Notes under the pieces: model-generated
Databases searched by the model: none
Seen by the model: only the letters and a program-made list of their open reading frames with translations
Told to the model about the DNA's origin: nothing
Made by a program: the position numbers and the translations under genes
Part shown: one piece after another, positions 19,048-28,608 of the stretch
Position numbering within the stretch: position 1 is the first letter of the stretch
How the letters are laid out: every line of letters starts with the position of its first letter
NCBI GenBank assembly: GCA_945872305.1
Contig: CAMCAC010000002.1
Coordinates: forward strand, 1-52,901
Length of the DNA: 52,901 bases
Direction: 5' to 3'
From: Candidatus Kuenenia stuttgartensis
Lineage (GTDB): Bacteria > Planctomycetota > UBA11346

Positions 19048-22000
19048 TCAGGGGGCGTAGAGCGCGACCCGGCCCACCGCGTCCGCGGCGACCAGACGCC
19101 CATCCGCGGTGACCGCCGCCGGAAGGACTGCGCCGCGGCCGGTATGGGTGAACCCACGGGGCCCGACCACCACCATCCGATCACCCACCGGCACCGCCAC
19201 GTGGCCATTCCAAGCCATGGGAATGCCGGTCGGAGCACCGGGAAGGACACCCAGGTCGATCCATCCACCGGAGCGCAGCCAGACCCGGTTTCCAGGACTG
19301 ATCAGGACATCGGGACCGGCCGAGAGGGCTTCATCCACGGGCAGCGGTTCCGCTCGGACCACGCCATCCTTCCAGGACCACGACGCATTGGCGCTGATGC
19401 CCTGCCAGCCGGTCCCTACCGGCCAGGCGGCAAGCACGGGGCCGGGCACGAGGCCTGTCAGTGCAGGACGGCCATCCTCCACGGTGAGGACCTCGATCAC
19501 GCCGTCGGTGCGGACGGCCGAAACCCGACCGGCGGCGGCGTGCGGTGCGGCGATGAAGGCCGACCCGCCGGCACCGGACCAGACGGTACGGCCGTCGTCG
19601 CCGACACCGTGGATGCGTCCATCGATGCCGGCAACGATGAGCCAGCGGCGATCCGTGAGCAGATCACTGGTGCCGGCCGCGAGGGCGAAGCGGGTTCCGG
19701 ATGGCAGGACCAGACGGCGGGTACGATTGGGCAGGATGCCCCAAGCCACCGCATCCGGTGAAGCGAACCACAATCCATCCCCCAGATCGACGGCCGGGGC
19801 GAGCAACGGCGCCACGTCCAGGGAACCACCCTGTTCCAGAGCCATGGCCGGAGCCGGGTCCCCGCCATCCGCGGGCAACACGACCGCGGCGGTGCGCGAA
19901 GCGACCACGACCCGGTCTCCCAATGCCACCGGCCGGGCGGTGATCGGGCGGTCGAGTTCATACAGGCGCAAGGGGCTGCGAAGCAGCAGCGCGGCGACAC
20001 GCCAGCCATTCTCGGCATCGTGGCCGTTGACCGTGGTCGGCTCGTAGCCCGAAAGCGTGAATGTGAAGACGGCCTCGCTGCGTTCCAGGGAGCTCAGGTT
20101 GAGCACAAGGGGCGTGAGACCAAGAACCCGGCCGGCCACGCTGACGGTCGCACCGGACGGAATCGATTCGACCTTCACCGGGAGGTGGCGGAGTCCCATC
20201 TCCCGGGCCAGCACGCTGGCCACAGCCATGTCCCCGGCCTGGACGGCCGCATCCAGCCGGTCCGCCAGCAGGCGACGGCGCTCCTGGGCCTCGCGCACTT
20301 CGGCCAGGCGTTGGGCCGCCTCGGACAGGGCCGCCGTGCGACGGGCGAAGGCACTGTCGATGAGCTCGATGAGCTGGGCGGCCGCCTCTTCGAGGTCCCC
20401 CTCCCGGCGGTGGGTCAGGGCCGCATCCAGCTGGACCTGGGCCGCCCGCTCGCGCTCATTCAGGCGGGCCAGACGGTTCTCGATCAGGGCGGTGGGCGCC
20501 CCCGGCTGCGTGGCACGGGCGCGCAGGAGGGGAATCTCGTCGGCGATCGGGAGGGATGCCGCCGCGAGTTCCAGTTCGGTGGCCAGGGCGAGTTCGGACC
20601 GGATCGCTGGCATGCGTGGGTGGGCCGGCAGCCGCTCCTCGAGATCCTTGACCCGCATGGCGGCGGCGCTGGCCGGAACGGCAGGATCCCCGGCCACACA
20701 GGCGGCGACCATGCCCCCCACCGTCTCGACCTCCCGGTCGGCCTGGTCGGCGCGGTCGAGCACGGCGGCAAGGACCGGTTCCAGTTCGCTACCAGCCACC
20801 CGGTCCGCAATCCCGCTCCGCGACACGGTCTCGCGCATCTCCGCCAGCCGTCCGGCCGAGACCTGCTGATCCAAGGCCGCGATGGCGGTCTGGGTCTGGG
20901 AGATGGTCTGGGCGACCTCACGACGGGCCTGCTCGGCGGCAAGCTGCTGGGTGTCGTTCGGTCCCGAAGCCAGCACCGCATCGATGAGACGACGGCGACG
21001 GACGATGGACTCGTTGGCTGTACGGGCGCTCTCCAGGAGGACCGTGCGCCGGCGATCGAGGATGGCCTCGGCCGCATCGCGCTCGGGGCTCGGCTGGCGC
21101 TCGATCTCGGCCAGGGCGGCGGGGAGATCGTCGCGACTCAGATGGGCGGAGACCGCCGTCTGGATGGCATCGCTCAAGCGCTGGAACTCGGTGAGGGAAC
21201 GCTGAAGGCGCAGGGTGAGTTCGGTGCGCGTCGGATCGTCGGGCAGGACGGCGGCCGCCTCGGCGGCATCGCCGAAGGTCCTGGCGGCGATGAGTTCATC
21301 GATGCGCTTGCGCTCTTCGTCGAGGGCCTTGGCAAATGCCTGCTCGCCGGCCTGGACCCGGCGCAGGGCGCTCAGGTCCGAACCGGCCTGGGCGCGGGCT
21401 TCGCCCAGGCTGGCGGCGGCCGCGTTCCAGGACCGCGTGCGGATCGCCTCGTTGGCGGCATCGAGCCGGGAGGACAGCGCCTGGGAACGGCCGCTGTAGG
21501 TGACCGCCAGGTACGCGACCCCGGCCATGACCACGAGCAGCACGACCAGTCCGATCAGCACCGCCGGGGAGCGCCGACGGGGGGCGGTGACTGCGGAGAT
21601 CACCAGATCGGATTCCGCCGCAGGGGCCTGGGTCACGCGGAAGGAGCGCGTACCGGCGCCCGGCATCCGCCGCACGATCTGCTTCTGGAGGAGTCCGCGC
21701 AGCACCCGGGCCACCTGCGGACAGGATTCGCGCATGATCCCGGCAAGATCCTCGACCGAGCGGCGCCCGTCGACCAGGTTCAATACCTGCCGGTCGATGT
21801 CGGAAAGGGCTCCCGAGGCATTCGAGTTCTCGGTGAGGGCGAAGACGGAGTCCCATCCCCCCACATCCTGGGCCACCGCGGCATCCTCGCTCGAGCGGGC
21901 GCCGGCGGTGCGGACCAGGATCTGCGGGTCGATGCGCAGCCGGATCGCCGAACGGTCGTAGGCGAGCTGGTCGGGATGTTCGTCGATGAATTCGGGCTGC

Positions 22001-22389
22001 CCGGGGGAAGCCAGGAGCTGGACCAGGGCGTCCTCGACCAGGGCCTGGCGGACCGCCTCGATCTCGCCATCCGACACCGCCTGTTGGCGCTGGAGGAAGG
22101 CGATCGGATCACCAACCTGGGGATCCGCGACCAGCCGATGCAATTCCGGACCGATCTTGTGGTGATCGAGGAGTTTGTCGGCCAGCAGCCGGACCTGGGG
22201 CTGGGCCAGGTCCAGGGCCACCAGGTCGCCATTGACGAATCCGACGCCCCGGGCCAGAGGGAGTCCATCGAGCACGAGCATGCCGGTCCGCCGCGTACGG
22301 TGGGCGGCGATGAGCATCTCGACGAGGATGGCGTTCAGCATGCGCGGGTCCGATCCGGGGGCAGGGTACCCGGCGAGGGGTTCCGCCAC
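19048..22389 (-). CDS. Large single-pass membrane protein: DUF4388/PATAN-like + wHTH-like, TM, long coiled coil, PEGA, beta-propeller
   Basis: N-terminus LNAILVEMLIAAHRTRRTGMLVLDG...GFVNGDLVALD is a DUF4388-type motif. SDIDRQVLNLVDGRRSVEDLAGI follows, then the TM segment AVLIGLVVLLVVMAGVAYLAV and ~480 aa rich in A/E/R/L. The PEGA motif is ESIPSGATVSVAGRVLGLTPLVL. The C-terminal Gly/Trp-rich repeats look PQQ/BamB-like. The start is either the GTG at 22389 or the ATG at 22341. Confidence 0.7.
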   Translation of the reverse strand: MAEPLAGYPAPGSDPRMLNAILVEMLIAAHRTRRTGMLVLDGLPLARGVGFVNGDLVALDLAQPQVRLLADKLLDHHKIGPELHRLVADPQVGDPIAFLQRQQAVSDGEIEAVRQALVEDALVQLLASPGQPEFIDEHPDQLAYDRSAIRLRIDPQILVRTAGARSSEDAAVAQDVGGWDSVFALTENSNASGALSDIDRQVLNLVDGRRSVEDLAGIMRESCPQVARVLRGLLQKQIVRRMPGAGTRSFRVTQAPAAESDLVISAVTAPRRRSPAVLIGLVVLLVVMAGVAYLAVTYSGRSQALSSRLDAANEAIRTRSWNAAAASLGEARAQAGSDLSALRRVQAGEQAFAKALDEERKRIDELIAARTFGDAAEAAAVLPDDPTRTELTLRLQRSLTEFQRLSDAIQTAVSAHLSRDDLPAALAEIERQPSPERDAAEAILDRRRTVLLESARTANESIVRRRRLIDAVLASGPNDTQQLAAEQARREVAQTISQTQTAIAALDQQVSAGRLAEMRETVSRSGIADRVAGSELEPVLAAVLDRADQADREVETVGGMVAACVAGDPAVPASAAAMRVKDLEERLPAHPRMPAIRSELALATELELAAASLPIADEIPLLRARATQPGAPTALIENRLARLNERERAAQVQLDAALTHRREGDLEEAAAQLIELIDSAFARRTAALSEAAQRLAEVREAQERRRLLADRLDAAVQAGDMAVASVLAREMGLRHLPVKVESIPSGATVSVAGRVLGLTPLVLNLSSLERSEAVFTFTLSGYEPTTVNGHDAENGWRVAALLLRSPLRLYELDRPITARPVALGDRVVVASRTAAVVLPADGGDPAPAMALEQGGSLDVAPLLAPAVDLGDGLWFASPDAVAWGILPNRTRRLVLPSGTRFALAAGTSDLLTDRRWLIVAGIDGRIHGVGDDGRTVWSGAGGSAFIAAPHAAAGRVSAVRTDGVIEVLTVEDGRPALTGLVPGPVLAAWPVGTGWQGISANASWSWKDGVVRAEPLPVDEALSAGPDVLISPGNRVWLRSGGWIDLGVLPGAPTGIPMAWNGHVAVPVGDRMVVVGPRGFTHTGRGAVLPAAVTADGRLVAADAVGRVALYAP

Positions 22390-22409
22390 AAGCCCGTGTC
22401 GCCGGACGC

Positions 22410-22435
22410 CTCCGGAGCGGACCGACGCTCCGGAG
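22410..22435. repeat. Perfect 10-bp inverted repeat between the GT2 gene and the DUF4388 gene
   Basis: CTCCGGAGCG-gaccga-CGCTCCGGAG. Each arm also contains the TCCGGA palindrome. It lies in the 51-nt spacer between the stop at 22441 and the start at 22389. Confidence 0.6.
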
Positions 22436-22440
22436 CCCGG

Positions 22441-24678
22441 TCAGCGGGCGGCGGGGTCGACGCCATGCGTCGTCTTCTCCCAGCGGTGCGGTTTGACCAT
22501 CAGGTGCCAGAGGGCGCGCCATGCGGCCACCCCCTGGAGCACCCAGTAGAACGGCACCAGGAGGGCGGCCCCGATGAGTCCATGCTGACCCGGGCGCCGG
22601 CCCGCCGCCAGGGCGACGGCGATGAAAATGATATTGGCCGCGGTCAGCACCGCAGAGGTCACCGCGAAGGCGATCGACCAACCGGACAGCACCGGGTCCT
22701 CGTCCGGACCGGTCCAGGCCAAGGGCCAGGACCAGCGCTGGTCCCACAGAGCCTCGTCCCCGCGCCGGATGAGGAGCGACCAGGGATCCGCCCCCAGGAC
22801 CGCCCAGTCCCGGGCAAGGGAGCCCAGATAGGCCAGTTCCAACCCCCACAACGGCAGGGCCAGCGCCGCCAGCAGCGGCACCAGGGTCACCGCCGCCGCG
22901 AAGCCGGGCAGGCCCGCGGGCCCGAGCCGCCACGCCGTGGCGACCGGCGTGCGCCACCACACGAGATGGGTGGCGTAGTAGCCCTTGAGCCAACGGGTCC
23001 GCTGCTTGATCCAGGCACCGACGTGGCCGACCGCCTCTTCCCAGGTCACCGATGCCAGCAGTCCGGTGCGGTGGCCGCGCAGATGCAGGCGCACTCCGAG
23101 ATCGCAGTCCTCGGTGACGTTGAACGGATCCCAGCCGCCGACCTCGCGCAGCACCGCGGTGCGGAAGTGGTTGCTCGTCCCGCCCAGGGGCACCGGGCAG
23201 CCGAGCCGCTCCAGACCGCGCAGGTAGCGGCGGAACCAGACATTGTACTCGATGGTGAACCAGCGGGTGAGCAGGTTGGTGTCGTGGTTGCGGAACGCGA
23301 GCTGGGCCTGGAGGCAGGCGAGCCGGGGCGGGGCGGCGGCAAAAGCCAGGGCCGCCTGCTTCAACTGGTCCGGCTCCGGCCGGTCCTCGGCGTCGTAGAT
23401 CACCAGCAGATCGCCGGTAGCCAGGACAAGGCCGTGGTTGCAGGCCCGGGGCTTGGTCTTGGGCCGGCCCTCGGGCACCACCACCAGGCGCATCCACGGC
23501 GGCAGCGGTCGGGCCTGGAAGGATGCCAGGGTGACCGCGTCGTCCGGCTCCATCAGGACCAGCACCTGGAGCCGGTCCCGGGGATAGTCGAGGGCGGTCA
23601 GGGCGGCGACGAGCTGCCCGACGATCTCCGGCTCCCGGTACAACGGCACCAGCACGGTGTAGGACGGCCAACCGCCCGGGGGCGCGACCTCGGGATCCGC
23701 CGCCCGGTCGTCCCGGCGCTCCGCCCCGCCGCCGACGACCAGCGCGAGCAGGCGGTAGGCGATGGCGAAGGCGAACACCAGGCTGAGCAGACCGACTCCG
23801 ACGCCCAGGGCGACCAGCCAGTCGCGCCCGGCCAGGAACAGCGCCGCCACCGGCAGGGCCGCCAACCATGGCTCGAACCCGCGCCCACCGCCACGACGGA
23901 ACAGGAACTCCCCGGCCAGCGACAGGACCACGGCGCCGCCGGCGATGCCCGCCAGGGCGCCGGGGATCGAGCCCAGCCAGCGCATGGCCTCGGCCCGCAG
24001 GCCGGTGAGCCCGGTCGCATCGGCACCACCGGCCAGCCAGGATCCGCCCACCGCCGCGACGGCGAGCAGCGGCACGCACAGGGCCAGCCAGCCCCAGGCC
24101 ACGGTGCGCAGGGCGCTGGTCGGCTCATGGGCCGCGAGATAGGCATCGACCAAGGGATCCCGGCCATCGGAGCCGGGGATCACGGTCACCGGCGCCGCCG
24201 GCCACCAGGGCGAGCCGGCGGGATCCGCCACCACGGCCGTGCGCCCCCCGTCGACCCGGTGGTCCAGGTCGATGCGCCAGGTCCGGCCCTCGGGCAGGCA
24301 CGCCGCCACCTTTTCCGGCCACTCGACCACCGCCACCGCGCCGGCGGAGGCCTCGCCGAATCCGATGGCCTCCAGCTCCCCGGGACCCGACAGCCGCGAG
24401 GCGTCCACATGGACCACCGGCACCCCGGCATCGTATTGATTGAGCAATGTATACGTGGGCGACGCCACCAAGGCCGCATCCCCGCCCAGCGCCGCCACCA
24501 GGGCCCGGGTGAAGGTCGTCTTCCCCGCCCCCATGGGCCCGGTCAGGGCGATCGCATCCCCGGCCGCCAACCGAGGGGCCAGACTGCGGGCCAGGTCGGC
24601 GGTGGCCGCGGCGTCGGCGAGCGGAAATGGGACAGGATCGGGCACGGCGGCAGGATGCGGAGGTTCAGGGCACGGCAA
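22441..24678 (-). CDS. TsaE-like P-loop ATPase fused to a multi-pass processive family-2 glycosyltransferase
   Basis: aa ~20-150 carry TsaE hallmarks: GPMGAGKTTF, SPTYTLLNQY, HVDASRL, VVEWPE. aa ~190-315 hold about 4 hydrophobic helices. From aa ~340 come the GT2 motifs VLVPLYRE, VIYDAEDRP (DxD), TEDCDLG and QRTRWLKGY (QxxRW), then C-terminal TM helices. It is one uninterrupted frame. The start is the tracked TTG at 24678 or the GTG at 24645. Confidence 0.75.
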   Translation of the reverse strand: MPCPEPPHPAAVPDPVPFPLADAAATADLARSLAPRLAAGDAIALTGPMGAGKTTFTRALVAALGGDAALVASPTYTLLNQYDAGVPVVHVDASRLSGPGELEAIGFGEASAGAVAVVEWPEKVAACLPEGRTWRIDLDHRVDGGRTAVVADPAGSPWWPAAPVTVIPGSDGRDPLVDAYLAAHEPTSALRTVAWGWLALCVPLLAVAAVGGSWLAGGADATGLTGLRAEAMRWLGSIPGALAGIAGGAVVLSLAGEFLFRRGGGRGFEPWLAALPVAALFLAGRDWLVALGVGVGLLSLVFAFAIAYRLLALVVGGGAERRDDRAADPEVAPPGGWPSYTVLVPLYREPEIVGQLVAALTALDYPRDRLQVLVLMEPDDAVTLASFQARPLPPWMRLVVVPEGRPKTKPRACNHGLVLATGDLLVIYDAEDRPEPDQLKQAALAFAAAPPRLACLQAQLAFRNHDTNLLTRWFTIEYNVWFRRYLRGLERLGCPVPLGGTSNHFRTAVLREVGGWDPFNVTEDCDLGVRLHLRGHRTGLLASVTWEEAVGHVGAWIKQRTRWLKGYYATHLVWWRTPVATAWRLGPAGLPGFAAAVTLVPLLAALALPLWGLELAYLGSLARDWAVLGADPWSLLIRRGDEALWDQRWSWPLAWTGPDEDPVLSGWSIAFAVTSAVLTAANIIFIAVALAAGRRPGQHGLIGAALLVPFYWVLQGVAAWRALWHLMVKPHRWEKTTHGVDPAAR

Positions 24679-24764
24679 CCCGACAGGTCGCAGCAGCGAC
24701 GGAACGCGGGATCCGCCGGGGCGTGACCGGGTTGCGAGTCGGGACTCGGAGGCATCATGGCGCC

Positions 24765-25145
24765 ATGCGCGAACCCGCCGAACCGATCTGCCTGACCCCC
24801 TGGGATGGCTTGGCCTGGGCCCTGATGAGCCCGTCGCTGGTGATGGTGCTCCTGGCGCTGCCCGTGGGACCGGGGTTGCTCAGCCGCTTTGCTGCCATGT
24901 TCACCTCGCTCGACGCGGAACTGCCCCTGATCACCCAGGCGATGATCGCCATCGGCGACCCATGGGTGTACGTCATCGCCGTGGCATGGGTGACAGCGGG
25001 GACCGGAGCGCTGCTCCGGGTGCGAGACACCGGGCTCCGGGTCGGCCTGGGGATCGGCTTCGCCGTGGCGGCCCTGATCTGGTTGCAGATGGTCGCCGCC
25101 GCCATCTGCCTTCCGATCCTGGAACTCCAGAAGCAGCTTCACTGA
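24765..25145 (+). CDS. Small membrane protein resembling the TM-hairpin region of GspF/PilC (T2SS/T4P platform protein)
   Basis: 126 aa from the ATG at 24765, with 3-4 hydrophobic helices. LLSRFAAMFTSLDAELPLITQAMIAIG resembles the conserved vP.F..mF...gaeLP..T segment of GspF/PilC. The opposite-strand ORF is R/G/P/H-rich junk. Confidence 0.45.
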   Translation: MREPAEPICLTPWDGLAWALMSPSLVMVLLALPVGPGLLSRFAAMFTSLDAELPLITQAMIAIGDPWVYVIAVAWVTAGTGALLRVRDTGLRVGLGIGFAVAALIWLQMVAAAICLPILELQKQLH

Positions 25146-25211
25146 TCCAGGATCACACGCCGCATCCCTTGACCCCGGCCGCGCCGCCCATGCTGCGTCC
25201 ATCCGGATGAC

Positions 25212-25386
25212 GGATGCGGGAGAAGGCCTTTTTCCACCCTGGGGTTCCACCCCCGGATGGGAGCCGGGCTGCCGAAGGAGTCACGCTCTCAGGCCAAAGG
25301 ACCGCGTCTCGACGGAACCCTGGAAAGAGGGGCCTCCTGCCCCCGCCGACGGAGTCACGCTCTCAGGCCACCAGACAGGGATGGAA
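25212..25386 (+). promoter_or_regulatory. Tandem glycine riboswitch (two aptamers) in the gcvP leader
   Basis: Aptamer 1 reads GCGGGAGAAGG...GCCGAAGGAGTCACGCTCTCAGGCCAAAGGACC. Aptamer 2 reads CTGGAAAGAGG...GCCGACGGAGTCACGCTCTCAGGCCACCAGACAGGG. Both match the conserved GGAGA / CCGAAGGrGCAA / CUCUCAGGCaaAAGGAC cores. The 20-mer GGAGTCACGCTCTCAGGCCA occurs twice (25277-25296, 25351-25370). It sits immediately upstream of a glycine-cleavage gene. Confidence 0.8.
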
Positions 25387-25408
25387 CCACGAGCCCGAAA
25401 GGCCCGCC

Positions 25409-28227
<2,819 letters not shown>

Positions 28228-28237
<10 letters not shown>

Positions 28238-28503
28238 ACCGCCTCCGGGGCCCCGCCGGAGATCCGGATGATCTCCACCGGACACCCGGCGGCGGCCTCG
28301 CGCACCGACTCCCAGACATCCCCGGCGAGCGGGAGCAGCGGCGATCCCTCGCCCAGGTTGTCCGAGGTGATGCCGTCCTCGCGGGCCTCCCCGCGTACGA
28401 CCGCATGGTCGCTGTCGTCGGGGAGGGCGAAGACCTGCGGACAGACGAGGGCGCAGGCCTGGCAGTGGATGCATCCGGATTCGATGCGGACGGTGGCGGG
28501 CAT
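28228..28503 (-). CDS. Small single-cluster ferredoxin
   Basis: [25 protein letters not shown]...GCPVEII gives a CxxCxxC...CP cluster pattern in 91 aa. Its 3' end overlaps the gcvP 3' end by 10 nt (convergent). Confidence 0.7.
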
Positions 28504-28608
28504 GGCGGGTCTCCTGGCTGCCAGCCTGCCGCGCCGGGGTGCCGCCGTCACGCCAGGATCGATGCATGATCCCATGCACCGGACGGATGGCCCCGCCGGA
28601 CCGGGGAG

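Noticed and set aside
20020-24726. 1568-aa ORF on the + strand, the longest in the track
   Set aside because: It is antisense to two well-supported minus-strand genes (the DUF4388/PEGA protein and TsaE::GT2). Its translation is dominated by G/R/P/H/D/Q runs with no recognisable motif, which is a typical GC-rich shadow frame.
25214-25408. N-terminal 65-codon extension of gcvP from the tracked ATG at 25214
   Set aside because: This stretch is the glycine riboswitch. GcvP homology only begins at ..[11 protein letters not shown], and an in-frame GTG at 25409 follows the RNA element.
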